From Clostridia bacterium (GTDB taxonomy: Bacteria > Bacillota > Clostridia > Oscillospirales > CAG-272), in assembly GCA_017462795.1 (NCBI GenBank), contig JAFTQL010000015.1, forward strand, positions 7,825-71,824: a stretch of DNA of 64,000 nt. Reading direction: 5' to 3'. The position numbers and the translations under genes are program-made. Below the pieces are notes generated by a model. The model saw only the letters and a program-made list of their open reading frames with translations, was not told the origin of the DNA and did not search any database. Of the stretch, positions 27,505-38,726 are shown in pieces; within the stretch, counting starts at the first letter, position 1, and each line of letters begins with the position of its first letter.

Positions 27505-30500
27505 TAGGAATAAGATCCCTTAATAAGTATTTCAACAAGGGAAAGCAGAACGAGATACATGTTATCAACGATGTAAGTCTTGAGCTTCCCGACAGAGGTA
27601 TGGTGGCTATATTCGGTAAGAGCGGATGCGGAAAGACCACACTTCTCAATGTCATCGGCGGTCTTGACAGCTTTGGAAGCGGAAGCCTTACCATAGAGGG
27701 AAAGGATATCAGAAGCGACACCGACCGTATACGCAACAAGTATATAGGATATATTTTCCAGAACTATAACCTCAACAAGTCCGAGTCCTGCTTTGACAAC
27801 GTGGCTGACGCTCTCCGCCTTTGCGGTATGACCGACGAGGCGCAGATAGAGGAGAGAGTCATGGCGGCGCTTGCCAACGTGGACATGGACAAATACCGCA
27901 ACCGTACTCCCGATACGCTATCAGGCGGTCAGCAGCAGAGAATAGCTATTGCCCGCGCCATAGTCAAAAATCCCCGCATAATCCTTGCCGATGAGCCAAC
28001 GGGAAACCTCGACGAGGCGAATACGGTAATGATAATGGATCTGCTCCGTCAGATAGCCAAGGATCACCTTGTCCTGCTTGTCACCCACGAGGCAAACCTT
28101 GTGGACTTCTACTGCGACACGGTAGTAGAGCTGAGCGACGGACGTGTGGTGAGCATCAAGCAGAATGCCGCCACGGGCGGATACGCGGCGAGAGACAAGA
28201 ACCACATCTACCTCGGTGAGCTGGAAAAATCGGGACTTTCGGGTCCTTCCGCCGAGATAGAATACTACGGAGACACCCCCGAGGAGCCTGTAAGACTGAA
28301 GATAATCAACAACGGCGGCAAGCTTTATGTTCAGATAAACACCAAGGGCGTGCAGGTGCTGGACGAATTCAGCGAGATCAAGCTCAAGGAGGGCGTTTAC
28401 GAGAGTCGCGCCGATAAGAACTCGGTCAGCGAGGGCATTGACATGTCAAAGCTACCGCCCGTGGAGGGCAGCCGCTTCGGTCATCTGTTCTCCCTCGGCT
28501 CGTCCGTAAAGAGCGGGTACGTTTCCAATTTCAAAAACCGCAAGAAGGGCAAGAAGGTACTGCGCGGCTGTATGTGCCTGTTCGCCGCCGTGGTGGTGTT
28601 TATGAGCGCCGTTTTCGGTACGGTGTTCTCCGACCTTATCAATGCGGGAAAATCCTATAACCATAATGTTTTCTATGTCTATACTCCCGACGGTGAGGTG
28701 TCCGCCAAGCTCAATGCGGCGGTTGGCTCTGCCGACAGCGGTATCGACTACGTAAGACTGATGTACGACATTCCCTACGGTGACTCAAACGTCAAGTTCT
28801 ACACAGGATTTTTTGAGACCTTTGAGTCGGCTTACTATGACGAGAGCTTCAGGACCAACGCTGTCTATCTTGACATGTCCCTTGGTGAGAAGCTACCTCT
28901 TGTGGCGGGCAAAAACGAGGGTCTTGCCACCGAGGAGATACTTGTGACCACGGCTGTCGCCGACGAGCTTCTTGAGCTTTCCTCGCTGGGATATATCACC
29001 GAGTACAAGAACCTTATCGGTCTTATAACAAACTCGCTGTATATAAACGGCATGAATCTGCGTATAGCGGGAGTTGTGGAGTCGGACGAGAGCGCTATCT
29101 ATCTGACCGAGCTTGCCATGGCTAAGTACGTGGTGAGAAACTCGAACAACAAGGTCTATCTCGGCTCGGATATCAGTCTTGATATACCCAAGGGCGAGAC
29201 TGTGCTTGCTATCAGAAGCGAGAGAGCTGACGGCGTTGCCTACCCCAAGGTTGGCGAGACAGTGATCATAGAGGGCAGGGAGCTGAAGGTTGCAAAAACG
29301 GTTACCTATCACTCAAGCTATGAGGATTGGCTTGTGTCCCAAGGGATTAAAAAGGATGACGCCTATGTGTATTTCCTCGACGTTGTCGCCTCCGAGAACC
29401 CCTCGCTTTCCAAGGACTCCGATGAATTCGCTAATGCGGTCGATGACGCTCTCGAAAACAGATATTATGAGTTTTACGACTATTATTATGCGGATATAGT
29501 AAAATACTTTGAGGAGCTGTATATGTTTGATCCCGACAACACGGATCTGAGAATAATGTTCGAGCATGGTGGAGAAGAGATGAAGTACATGTATATGCCC
29601 GAGGATTATTACAAGGCGGTGAAGTATAAGGAGCAGAACGGAAGATATCCCACGCAGTCGGAGCTGGAGCGGGCGTATAACTCTTTGCCCGATCTCAAGG
29701 ATACCGTGAACAGATACTACGACATGTACAACGATAAGTATTATTACGGCTCGAATATGTATATAGATCTCAACGCCTATTTTGTAAGCGATGAGGACTA
29801 TATCGGCTTCTCCAAGCAGACAGGCGAGACGCACGACAGCGCGAAAAACTATTATTATACCGACGTTTACTATCCCGAAAAGGGCGATATCATTATAGAA
29901 GGGGTCATTCCCGCCTCTGTGGATATAATGATGGATTACGCCTATCCGGGCTCGTTCAAGTACACGGTCATCCATTCCACTGACCCCGAGAAGACCGAGG
30001 CGTATCTCTTGGGCGAGTTCTCGGAGCTTGAAACTCCCTATCCCGATATGAAGGCGGTGCTGACACCCGACGGTATATTTAAGCAGACGGTGCAGGAGAA
30101 CAGCCTGGAGATAATAGCGGGTATTATAACGCTGGCGGTTATACTTGCCATAATGAGCGTTTGCATGTACTTCATCATGCGCTCGTCCCTTATGAACAGA
30201 ATAAAGGAGATAGGTATCTACAGAGCCATAGGCGTGTCAAAGAAGAATCTTGTATTCAAGTTCTTTATTGAGGCGGTGGTGCTTACCACGCTGACGGTGT
30301 TCATAGGCTATCTGGCAGTAAGCGCGTTCCTGTTTATCTGCCTTGGTGCGTCGCCCCTTGTGTCGGTGGTGCTGTATTATCCCCTGTGGATGGCGGGAGC
30401 TATCCTTGTGATACTTTACGCCCTGTCCCTCTTCTGCGGAACACTGCCCATAATGTCGCTCCTCAGAAAGACCCCCAGCGCGATAATTGCCAAGTACGAT

Positions 30501-30506
30501 ATATAG
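27501..30506 (+). CDS. MacB/FtsX-like ABC ATPase-permease fusion
   Basis: GKSGCGKTT, LSGGQQQR, LADEPTGNLD; FtsX motif RIKEIGIYRAIG; ATGA overlap with the previous gene. Confidence 0.88.
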   Translation: MIGIRSLNKYFNKGKQNEIHVINDVSLELPDRGMVAIFGKSGCGKTTLLNVIGGLDSFGSGSLTIEGKDIRSDTDRIRNKYIGYIFQNYNLNKSESCFDNVADALRLCGMTDEAQIEERVMAALANVDMDKYRNRTPDTLSGGQQQRIAIARAIVKNPRIILADEPTGNLDEANTVMIMDLLRQIAKDHLVLLVTHEANLVDFYCDTVVELSDGRVVSIKQNAATGGYAARDKNHIYLGELEKSGLSGPSAEIEYYGDTPEEPVRLKIINNGGKLYVQINTKGVQVLDEFSEIKLKEGVYESRADKNSVSEGIDMSKLPPVEGSRFGHLFSLGSSVKSGYVSNFKNRKKGKKVLRGCMCLFAAVVVFMSAVFGTVFSDLINAGKSYNHNVFYVYTPDGEVSAKLNAAVGSADSGIDYVRLMYDIPYGDSNVKFYTGFFETFESAYYDESFRTNAVYLDMSLGEKLPLVAGKNEGLATEEILVTTAVADELLELSSLGYITEYKNLIGLITNSLYINGMNLRIAGVVESDESAIYLTELAMAKYVVRNSNNKVYLGSDISLDIPKGETVLAIRSERADGVAYPKVGETVIIEGRELKVAKTVTYHSSYEDWLVSQGIKKDDAYVYFLDVVASENPSLSKDSDEFANAVDDALENRYYEFYDYYYADIVKYFEELYMFDPDNTDLRIMFEHGGEEMKYMYMPEDYYKAVKYKEQNGRYPTQSELERAYNSLPDLKDTVNRYYDMYNDKYYYGSNMYIDLNAYFVSDEDYIGFSKQTGETHDSAKNYYYTDVYYPEKGDIIIEGVIPASVDIMMDYAYPGSFKYTVIHSTDPEKTEAYLLGEFSELETPYPDMKAVLTPDGIFKQTVQENSLEIIAGIITLAVILAIMSVCMYFIMRSSLMNRIKEIGIYRAIGVSKKNLVFKFFIEAVVLTTLTVFIGYLAVSAFLFICLGASPLVSVVLYYPLWMAGAILVILYALSLFCGTLPIMSLLRKTPSAIIAKYDI

Positions 30507-30570
30507 TATAGCAGAACAGTAATTCAAAAAAACTGCTTTGCCGTATAGGTCAGGCAGACACGAAAACAAT

Positions 30571-30621
30571 AAAAAAGCTGAGACAATTGCTTTATGATAA
30601 AGCTTTTGGCTCAGCTTTTTT
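30571..30621. terminator. intrinsic terminator
   Basis: AAAAAAGCTGAG...CTCAGCTTTTTT. Confidence 0.7.
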
Positions 30622-30734
30622 GTTTGTATTATGAATCTCAGATACGGTCGGAGGATGATATCCTCATCTTGTATACGCAGAAAGCCTCAACATCACTCCC
30701 CACTTACACTGTCAATGTCGCAATATGTGAAAAC

Positions 30735-30766
30735 AAAAAAGGCTATGCTTTTCGCGATAGCCTTTT
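30735..30766 (-). terminator. intrinsic terminator of asnA
   Basis: CAAAAAAGGCTAT...ATAGCCTTTT. Confidence 0.7.
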
Positions 30767-30786
30767 GATGTGTTATTGCTTTTGGA

Positions 30787-31794
30787 TCAAAGCAACGGTA
30801 TTCCGTTTTCCTCGCAGATGCGGACGGTCTCCGCGTCCCAGATGCTGGACTGTACCTCGCCGATGTGGGCACAACCCATCATGAGCATGCAAAGCCTGGA
30901 CTGACCTATGCCGCCGCCGATGGTGAGAGGCAACTCGTCGTTAAGAAGCATTTTGTGGAAGGGAAGCGAGCGGCGGCTGTCACAGCCCGCAAGCGTGAGC
31001 TGACGGTCAAGAGACTCAGCGTCAACACGGATTCCCATGGAGGATATCTCAACGCCTCTGCCGAGAACATCGTTCCAGAAGAATATGTCGCCGTTGAGCT
31101 GCCAGTCGTCATAGTCGGGCGCTCTGCCGTCGTGGGGCTTGCCCGAGCGGAGCTTGCCGCCTATCTGCATGATAAACGCTGTTTTATGCTCCTTTACGTA
31201 TGCGCTCTCCCGCTCAGAGCCCGTCATGTCGGGGTACATGTCCTCAAGCTCCTGTGTGGTGACAAAGGACACCTCTCTGCACAGCTCGGTCTTGAGTTGG
31301 GGGAAACGTACATGGAGACGGTCGTTCGTGTTGCAGATGGCGTTTACGATAGACGTTACTATCAGCTTGAGATATTCGGTATTCCTTGTCTCCTTGGTGA
31401 TGATCTTCTCCCAGTCCCACTGATCGACGTAAATGGAGTGGAGATTGTCAAGAGATTCGTCACGGCGGATAGCGTTCATGTCGGTATACAGACCGTTGCC
31501 CACGGAGAAGTTATAGCGCTTGAGAGCCAGTCTTTTCCATTTTGCCAGAGAGTGAACCACCTGAGCGTCCACACCGATGGCGGGTACGTCAAAGGAAACG
31601 GGGCGCTCATAGCCGTTGAGGTTGTCGTTAAGTCCCGACTCCTCGGTTACAAACAGCGGAGCGGACACGCGCTTGAGGTTCAGCGCCTCGGCAAACTCCT
31701 CCTGAAATGTGCGCTTGATATAAGCGATGGCTTTTTGTGTGTTGTATTCGTCCAGAGGCGGACGGTAGTCTTTGGGGATGAATATCTTGTTCAT
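30787..31794 (-). CDS. asnA: aspartate-ammonia ligase
   Basis: [53 protein letters not shown]. Confidence 0.95.
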   Translation of the reverse strand: MNKIFIPKDYRPPLDEYNTQKAIAYIKRTFQEEFAEALNLKRVSAPLFVTEESGLNDNLNGYERPVSFDVPAIGVDAQVVHSLAKWKRLALKRYNFSVGNGLYTDMNAIRRDESLDNLHSIYVDQWDWEKIITKETRNTEYLKLIVTSIVNAICNTNDRLHVRFPQLKTELCREVSFVTTQELEDMYPDMTGSERESAYVKEHKTAFIMQIGGKLRSGKPHDGRAPDYDDWQLNGDIFFWNDVLGRGVEISSMGIRVDAESLDRQLTLAGCDSRRSLPFHKMLLNDELPLTIGGGIGQSRLCMLMMGCAHIGEVQSSIWDAETVRICEENGIPLL

Positions 31795-31940
31795 TATATA
31801 TTTTCCTTCCTTGTTGAAGTGTAGTTGACTATCACCTATTAATTATATAATAAAATCCCTTTAAAATCAATACTTTTTCCGAAATTAGTGAAAAATATCG
31901 CCCAATTTGATGCTCTGTGTTCTTTCGTTAAGATCGCGCG

Positions 31941-31988
31941 TAAAAAAGCACATGGCATCCCGTAGATGTGGCGGGAGTGCCATGTGCT
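31941..31988 (-). terminator. intrinsic terminator of asnS
   Basis: AAAAAAGCACATGGCA...TGCCATGTGCT. Confidence 0.7.
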
Positions 31989-32008
31989 ATTATTTTATTT
32001 CGGAGAGA

Positions 32009-33403
32009 TCAATACTCCGCGTTGCCTACTGTTCTGGGGTAGGGGAGAACGTCGCGGATATTGGAGATGCCTGTGAGGTACATGATGATACGCTCAAAGC
32101 CCAGTCCGTAGCCTGCGTGCTTTGTGCCGCCGAAGCGACGGAGGTTGAGATACCACCAATAGTCCTCTTCGTTAAGACCACATTCAGCCATTCTTGCGGT
32201 GAGAACGTCGATACGCTCCTCACGCTGTGAGCCGCCGATGATCTCGCCCACACCGGGAACAAGCAGATCCATTGCGGCAACGGTCTTTCCGTCGTCGTTC
32301 AGTCTCATATAGAACGCCTTGATCTCCTTGGGGTAGTCGATAACGAATACGGGACACTTGAAGATCTGCTCTGTCAGATAGCGCTCATGCTCCGTCTGCA
32401 GGTCAATACCCCATTCAACGGGGTACTTGAAGTCAGCGCCGCTCTTCTTGAGAAGCTCGACAGCCTCGGTATATGTGACCTTCTTGTACTCGCTGTTGGC
32501 AAGTGTCGTAAGTCTGTCAAGCAGACCCTTTTCAACAAACTTGTTGAAGAACTCCACTTCCTGAGGGCAATTTTCAAGAATGTGGCGGATGATATACTGT
32601 ATCATATCCCAAGCCAGCTGCATGTTGTCGTCAAGGTCCGCAAAGGCGATCTCGGGCTCTATCATCCAGAACTCAGCCGCGTGCCTTGCGGTGTTGGAGT
32701 TCTCGGCGCGGAAGGTAGGACCAAAGGTGTATATCTTACCGTAAGCCAAGGCATAAGTCTCGCCCTCAAGCTGACCTGATACCGTAAGGTTTGCGGATTT
32801 TCCGAAGAAGTCCTGAGAGAAATCTATCTTACCGTCCTCGGTTCTGGGGGGATTTTCCATGTCAAGCGTGGTTACCCTGAACATCTCTCCCGCTCCCTCG
32901 CAGTCGGAGGCGGTGATGATGGGGGTGTGGACATAAACAAAGCCGCGGTCATGGAAGAACTTGTGAATGGCGTAAGCCGCCTCGCTTCTCACTCTGAACG
33001 CCGCGGAGAACAGATTTGTTCTGGGGCGCAGATACGCCTGCTCGCGCAGGAATTCCACGGTATGTCTCTTGGGCTGAAGGGGATAGTCGGGAGTGGAAGT
33101 GCCCTCGACGGCGATCTCGGTCGCCTTGATCTCAAAGGGCTGCTTCATACCGGGAGTAAGCTCCACAATGCCCTTTACCACCAGCGCCGCGCCGATGTTC
33201 TGATGGGCGATCTCATCGTAATTATTTATTTTTTCGCGTTCAAAAACCACCTGAACGCTCTTGTGACAGCTACCGTCATTAAGGTCGATAAAGCCAAATG
33301 CCTTGCTGTCACGCAGGTTGCGTACCCAACCGCCGATAACAACAGCCTTTCCTCCGAATTCCTCGGGATTCTCATAAATAGAGCGTACAAAATCTCTTTT
33401 CAT
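32009..33403 (-). CDS. asnS: asparagine--tRNA ligase
   Basis: [62 protein letters not shown]. Confidence 0.96.
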   Translation of the reverse strand: MKRDFVRSIYENPEEFGGKAVVIGGWVRNLRDSKAFGFIDLNDGSCHKSVQVVFEREKINNYDEIAHQNIGAALVVKGIVELTPGMKQPFEIKATEIAVEGTSTPDYPLQPKRHTVEFLREQAYLRPRTNLFSAAFRVRSEAAYAIHKFFHDRGFVYVHTPIITASDCEGAGEMFRVTTLDMENPPRTEDGKIDFSQDFFGKSANLTVSGQLEGETYALAYGKIYTFGPTFRAENSNTARHAAEFWMIEPEIAFADLDDNMQLAWDMIQYIIRHILENCPQEVEFFNKFVEKGLLDRLTTLANSEYKKVTYTEAVELLKKSGADFKYPVEWGIDLQTEHERYLTEQIFKCPVFVIDYPKEIKAFYMRLNDDGKTVAAMDLLVPGVGEIIGGSQREERIDVLTARMAECGLNEEDYWWYLNLRRFGGTKHAGYGLGFERIIMYLTGISNIRDVLPYPRTVGNAEY

Positions 33404-33572
33404 AGCATTTCACCGTCCGTATTATATAATATAACAATTTATTATATCACCATATCCCCGTTTTGTCAATCATTTTTCGGAAAAAAGCACTCCGCATTTT
33501 GCATTTATATTGACAATCCACTTGATCTGTGATACAATAATAAGGATATGTTTTAAAGAGAGAAGGTATAGA

Positions 33573-35315
33573 ATGTTTAAAAGGTTTATCGCGTACTACA
33601 AGCCGCACAAGGTGGTGTTCGGGCTGGACATGCTTGCGTCATTGGTGGTGTCGCTGGTGGGTATCGTGTACCCCATAGTCACCCGCGAGATGCTCAACGA
33701 CCTCATCCCTAACAGAAACTACCGCATGGTGGTCATATTCGGTCTTACGCTTCTGGGGCTTTATTTTGTCAGGATGCTGCTCAATTATTTCATCCAGTAT
33801 TACGGTCACGTTATGGGCGTGCGTATGCAGGCGCAGATGCGGTCGGACATGTTCAGGCATCTGGAGAAGCTTCCGTATAAATTCTACGACAACAACGAGA
33901 CGGGAAAGATAATGTCCCGTATGACAACGGATCTGTGGGAGATAAGCGAGCTTGCCCACCACGGACCCGAGAATCTGCTGATATCCTGTATTTCGGTGGT
34001 GGTGTCCTTTATCTATCTTTACAGCATAAATCCCTGGCTTACGCTGATAATCTTCGCCTGTGTTCCGTTTCTGCTCCTTATCGCGCTGGCGCTCCGCAAA
34101 AAGATGAGAAACGCCTTTATGGAGAGCAGAAAGTCCATTGCCGTTATCAACTCTTCACTTGAGAGCAGTATCTCGGGTATCCGTGTCACAAAGGCGTTTG
34201 ACAACGCTGATAAGGAGGAGGAGAAGTTTGAGGACGGAAACCGCCAATTCACCATGGCGCGTGACGATGCCTACAAGGCTATGGGACGCTTCCATTCGGG
34301 AACGGCGTTCATAACCGATATATTCAATGTTGTGGTTCTTATCGCAGGCGGATTTTTTCTTTACAACGGTCAGATACAGTTCGGAGACTACTCGGCGTTC
34401 ATTGTGTCGGTGAACCTGTTCATCAACCCAGTCATGACGCTGATAAACTTCATGGAGCAATATCAGAATGGCGTTACGGGCTTTGAGAGATTTCTTGAGA
34501 TCATGGACGAGAAGCCGGAGGAGGACGCGCCCGGGGCGACGGATATCGAGAGTGTTGAGGGACACCTTGAGTTTTGCAATGTCGTATGCTCCTATGACGG
34601 ACATAAGGACGTTCTTCGCGGCATTGACCTGCGCATTCCAAAGGGAAAGAAATTTGCCCTTGTGGGACCCTCGGGCGGCGGAAAGACAACCATATGCCAC
34701 CTTATCCCCCATTTTTACGATATAGAGTCGGGAGAGATACTCATCGACGGCAGAAAGATAGACTCTATCACAAAAAGCTCGCTCCGCAGGAATATCGGTA
34801 TAGTTCAACAGGATATTTATCTGTTCAATGCCAGCATCAAGGACAATATCCTCTATGGCAGACTTGACGCCACCGACGAAGAGGTGATAGAGGCGGCAAA
34901 GAGAGCCAATATCCACGACTATATCATGACCCTTGAGGAGGGTTACGATACGCAGATAGGCGAGCGAGGCGTGAGACTTTCGGGCGGACAGAAGCAAAGG
35001 CTTTCCATAGCCCGCGTATTCCTCAAAAATCCCCCCATACTCATACTCGACGAGGCAACAAGCGCACTTGACAATACCACGGAGATACTCATCCAGAAGG
35101 CGCTGGACGAGCTGTGCGTCGGCAGGACTACACTTGTGGTGGCGCACCGACTTTCCACCATCAAGAACGCCGACGAGATAGCTGTGGTAAGCGGTGGAAG
35201 GATAATAGAGCAGGGTAGCCACGATGAGCTTATAGCGGCAAACGGCGAATACTCCAAGCTCTATCAGCTCCAGTTCCGCACCGATGTCGACGCGCCAACT
35301 GTGGAGATAGGATAA
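33573..35315 (+). CDS. ABC exporter ATP-binding/permease protein (YwjA-like)
   Basis: ELAHHGPE; 6 TM followed by NBD GPSGGGKTT, LSGGQKQR, LDEATSALD, AHRLST. Confidence 0.92.
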   Translation: MFKRFIAYYKPHKVVFGLDMLASLVVSLVGIVYPIVTREMLNDLIPNRNYRMVVIFGLTLLGLYFVRMLLNYFIQYYGHVMGVRMQAQMRSDMFRHLEKLPYKFYDNNETGKIMSRMTTDLWEISELAHHGPENLLISCISVVVSFIYLYSINPWLTLIIFACVPFLLLIALALRKKMRNAFMESRKSIAVINSSLESSISGIRVTKAFDNADKEEEKFEDGNRQFTMARDDAYKAMGRFHSGTAFITDIFNVVVLIAGGFFLYNGQIQFGDYSAFIVSVNLFINPVMTLINFMEQYQNGVTGFERFLEIMDEKPEEDAPGATDIESVEGHLEFCNVVCSYDGHKDVLRGIDLRIPKGKKFALVGPSGGGKTTICHLIPHFYDIESGEILIDGRKIDSITKSSLRRNIGIVQQDIYLFNASIKDNILYGRLDATDEEVIEAAKRANIHDYIMTLEEGYDTQIGERGVRLSGGQKQRLSIARVFLKNPPILILDEATSALDNTTEILIQKALDELCVGRTTLVVAHRLSTIKNADEIAVVSGGRIIEQGSHDELIAANGEYSKLYQLQFRTDVDAPTVEIG

Positions 35316-35431
35316 GCAACCGGTGATGAATTGCCCTGTGGGCATGATGGGTTACCGTCAATTCATTCTCATCATAATTATTGCATGTCAAACAACACAT
35401 AAAAATTATTCATATTCATAATCCAACTATC

Positions 35432-36370
35432 ATGAAAAACAAAAAGCTATCAGTAATATACATTCTTCTTGCGGGGGCGCTTTGGGGTAGCTCCTGCCTG
35501 TTTGTGGGCAAGCTTACCGATATGGGATTTTCGCCGCTTCAGTGTACCACCATACGAATGGTGGTGGCGGCGCTCATCCTCAATGTCGCTCTTGTGGTGA
35601 AGGGCGTGAAAAATTATAGGATCAGCGCGGCGTCCCTTGGACTGTGTGCTCTGTCTGGTATCTGCTCGGTGCTCGCCATGTGTATCTTTTATTACTACTC
35701 CATGACCTCCACCTCGGCGACAGTCAGCGCTATTTTGCTGTATACCGCCCCGGTATTCGTCATGATAATGTCGGTGATCTTTTTCAAGGAGAAGATGACA
35801 GGCAAGAAGATAGCGGCGTTTGCCGTTGCCATTGTCGGCTGCGCACTGGTCTCGGGTATTGCCACGGGCGCGGCGGCTGACGCAAAGGGAATAGTGTTCG
35901 GTGTACTCTCGGGTCTGGCTTACTCTCTCTACGGCATTTTCACCACCTTTTATATGCGCAGGAATACCGAGCGGCTTACCTTTTCAGCGCTCAATTTCGC
36001 CTTTGCGGCGATGGGCGCGCTGATGTTGTCAAACCCTGCGGAGATAGTGAGGATCACCGCGCGGACAGACAATATACCGCTTACAGTGGGCTTTTTCCTT
36101 CTCTTCGGTCTTTGCACGGCGGCTCTGCCTTACGTGTTCTACACCGCGGGGCTCTCGGGTGTCCGTCCCGACGTGGCGTCCATACTCGCGTTCAGTGAGC
36201 CGCTGACGGCGGCTCTGTTCGGTATTACCGTCCTGGGACAGCCTTTTGACGTAACTCAGGGGATCGGCATTGCCCTGGTCACCGCGGCGATAGTAATGCT
36301 GAATATTTCTTTCGGCAAAAGAAAAAACAAAAAGGATAAAAAGAATAAAATTGATATAAACGTAACGTGA
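35432..36370 (+). CDS. DMT/EamA family transporter
   Basis: LAGALWG, LLYTAPVFV, FFKEK, ASILAFSEPLTA; about 10 TM. Confidence 0.88.
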   Translation: MKNKKLSVIYILLAGALWGSSCLFVGKLTDMGFSPLQCTTIRMVVAALILNVALVVKGVKNYRISAASLGLCALSGICSVLAMCIFYYYSMTSTSATVSAILLYTAPVFVMIMSVIFFKEKMTGKKIAAFAVAIVGCALVSGIATGAAADAKGIVFGVLSGLAYSLYGIFTTFYMRRNTERLTFSALNFAFAAMGALMLSNPAEIVRITARTDNIPLTVGFFLLFGLCTAALPYVFYTAGLSGVRPDVASILAFSEPLTAALFGITVLGQPFDVTQGIGIALVTAAIVMLNISFGKRKNKKDKKNKIDINVT

Positions 36371-36494
36371 ATGGTATTAAATATTTACAAAAAATCCATT
36401 GTATTTTTTGCGCAAATGCGATATCATTAATTAATGTAATGATATATGGCATATATACCTATAATAAATTTTAACGGGAACAGGCAGAATATTC

Positions 36495-37367
36495 ATGTTT
36501 GGATATGTAAAGGTCAACAGTGCGGAGCTGAAGGTAAAGGAATATGAGATGTACCGCGGGGCGTACTGCGGGCTTTGCCGCTCCATGGGCAAGTGCACGG
36601 GGCAATGCTCGCGTATGACGCTGAGCTATGATTTTGCCTTTCTGGCGGCTCTGCGTTTGTGTCTTGAGAATACAGAGATCAGCTTTTCGCAACGGCGTTG
36701 CTTTGTTCACCCACTGAAAAAACGGAGCGTTATGGACGCGAATCCCGTCCTTGACTATTGTGCCCACAGCGCCGCCATACTCAATTATCACAAAATAAAG
36801 GACGACCTTGCCGATGAGCGCGGACTCAAAAGGCTGCGCGCCCGTCTGGTCTATCCCTTTGTGGCTCACGCGAGAAAAAAAGCCCTCACAGCGGGGCTTG
36901 GCGAGCTTGACGGGGCGGTTTCGGGACTGCTCGCGCTCCTTGCCGACACCGAGGCGCAGGGACTTTCAAGCGTGGACACTCCCGCCGCCATCTTTGGCGA
37001 TATACTTTCGGAGATAGTGTCCTTCGGGCTTGACGGCTCTCGGCGGCTTATCGCGGTGGAGATAGGACGCGCGGTGGGAAGATGGATATACACAGTGGAC
37101 GCCCTTGATGATATGTCCGAGGATGAGAAAAAGGGAAGGTATAACCCCATACTTTTGCTGTACGACGGACGGAGACCGAAGGACGGAGAGCTGTCTCTTA
37201 TATCCGACGCGCTCAAGGCGGCTCTTGTTTCGGCAGAGTCGGCAATGGATCTCATGGACACCGACAGAGCGGCATTCAGGAATATAGTCGAAAATATTCT
37301 GTTTCTCGGAATGCCCGACACCGCCGAGAGGATAATCGGCAGGGAACGGGATAAATCAGAGACCTGA
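36495..37367 (+). CDS. DUF5685 family protein
   Basis: MFGYV..ELKVKEYEMYRGAYCGLC, RMTLSYDFAFL, CFVHP, DALDD..ED..KGRYNP. Confidence 0.8.
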   Translation: MFGYVKVNSAELKVKEYEMYRGAYCGLCRSMGKCTGQCSRMTLSYDFAFLAALRLCLENTEISFSQRRCFVHPLKKRSVMDANPVLDYCAHSAAILNYHKIKDDLADERGLKRLRARLVYPFVAHARKKALTAGLGELDGAVSGLLALLADTEAQGLSSVDTPAAIFGDILSEIVSFGLDGSRRLIAVEIGRAVGRWIYTVDALDDMSEDEKKGRYNPILLLYDGRRPKDGELSLISDALKAALVSAESAMDLMDTDRAAFRNIVENILFLGMPDTAERIIGRERDKSET

Positions 37368-37421
37368 ATCAATGAAAGTTAATATAAAGTAAAACAAAGA
37401 TCGAAAGGAATTTAAAGGAAG

Positions 37422-38075
37422 ATGACTGATCCTTACAAGGTTCTTGGGGTGTCCCCCAACGCATCGGACGATGAGATAAAAAAGGCATACCGTGATCTTG
37501 CCAGAAAGTATCATCCCGACAAGTACCGCGACAGCGACCTTGCAGACCTCGCCAGCGAGAAGATGAAGGAGGTCAACGCCGCATATGAGGAGATAAAGAA
37601 GATGCGCGAGGCGGGTACAGGCACAAGCTCGGGCAGAAGCGGCTACAGCGGCGGATATCGAACCAACTACGGTGGCAGCTATGCGGGCAATACCTCCTCC
37701 ACGGGAGACGCGCGCTATACCGAAATACGCCGTCATATAAACGCGGGTAATGTTGCCGTTGCCGAACGCATGCTTTACGAGGTTGCCGAGAATCAGCGAA
37801 ACGCAGAGTGGAACTTCCTCATGGGATGTGTTATGGTAAAGAAGGGTAATTTTGTTGATGCCCAGAGATATTTTGATATAGCCTGCTCCATGGACCCTTA
37901 CAACAACGAATATCGCGCGGCTCAGAGCCAGCTGAGAAACCGCGCTCAGGGCTACGGTGGAGGATACCGTACCACAAACAGCGGCGGATGCTCGGGCTGT
38001 GACATCTGCTCGGGACTTCTGTGCGCAGACTGCTGTTGTGAGTGCTGTGGCGGAGATCTTATAAGCTGTTGCTGA
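37422..38075 (+). CDS. J-domain protein with TPR-like region and Cys-rich C-terminus
   Basis: DPYKVLGV...KYHPD...EVNAAYE; Gly/Tyr linker; tail [28 protein letters not shown]. Confidence 0.88.
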   Translation: MTDPYKVLGVSPNASDDEIKKAYRDLARKYHPDKYRDSDLADLASEKMKEVNAAYEEIKKMREAGTGTSSGRSGYSGGYRTNYGGSYAGNTSSTGDARYTEIRRHINAGNVAVAERMLYEVAENQRNAEWNFLMGCVMVKKGNFVDAQRYFDIACSMDPYNNEYRAAQSQLRNRAQGYGGGYRTTNSGGCSGCDICSGLLCADCCCECCGGDLISCC

Positions 38076-38091
38076 CATGCTGTGAAAGAAG

Positions 38092-38625
38092 GTGCGGACT
38101 ATAAAGAACCAAAAAAACAAGACCAAACAGATAACCGTGTGCGCTATGCTGTCAGCTCTCGGAGTTGTACTGCTTTACGTGGGAGCGTTTATTGAGGTGG
38201 TGGATATCTCCATGGCGGTGATAGCGTCACTGCTGTGCGTGGTCGCGGTCATAGAATACGGCAAGGGCGCGCCGTGGACAGTGTTCGCGGTGACGGCGAT
38301 ACTGTCGCTTCTGCTCCTGCCAAATAAATCCCCCGCGCTTATGTATACGCTTTTCTTTGGCTATTATCCCATACTTAAGGAGCGCTTTGAGCGCTTGAAA
38401 AAGGGAATATCGTGGCTGTGCAAGGAGCTGGTGTTCAATGTCGCCCTCGTTCTTATTTTTGCCGCTTCAAAATACCTGCTCGCTGAGTCCGCCGACTTTC
38501 AAATCGGATTATATATTATCGGAGCAGTTCTTGCGGAAGCCCTCTTCATCCTCTACGACATCGCCCTTACAAGACTCATATCATTCTATATCTATAAATT
38601 ACGCAACAGATTAGGATTCAAGTGA
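38092..38625 (+). CDS. multi-pass membrane protein
   Basis: About 5-6 hydrophobic segments; FFGYYPILK motif; GTG start after AGAAG. Confidence 0.7.
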   Translation: MRTIKNQKNKTKQITVCAMLSALGVVLLYVGAFIEVVDISMAVIASLLCVVAVIEYGKGAPWTVFAVTAILSLLLLPNKSPALMYTLFFGYYPILKERFERLKKGISWLCKELVFNVALVLIFAASKYLLAESADFQIGLYIIGAVLAEALFILYDIALTRLISFYIYKLRNRLGFK

Positions 38626-38680
38626 TAACGCGCTCATTCAAATGACCGCCAAAAAGCTGTAAATTGTAAGCTCTGAACTC

Positions 38681-38715
38681 AAAAAAACCGTGCCTTTCGC
38701 AGGCACGGTTTTTTT
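38681..38715. terminator. bidirectional intrinsic terminator
   Basis: AAAAAAACCGTGCCT-TTCGC-AGGCACGGTTTTTTT between convergent genes. Confidence 0.85.
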
Positions 38716-38726
38716 GATAAGATCTA

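Noticed and set aside
30625-30730. possible gene remnant between two terminators
   Set aside because: No recognisable reading frame or motif could be supported.
33404-33572. T-box leader for asnS
   Set aside because: The divergent intergenic region is short and the minus-strand promoter lies close to the start codon; no T-box/terminator sequence seen.
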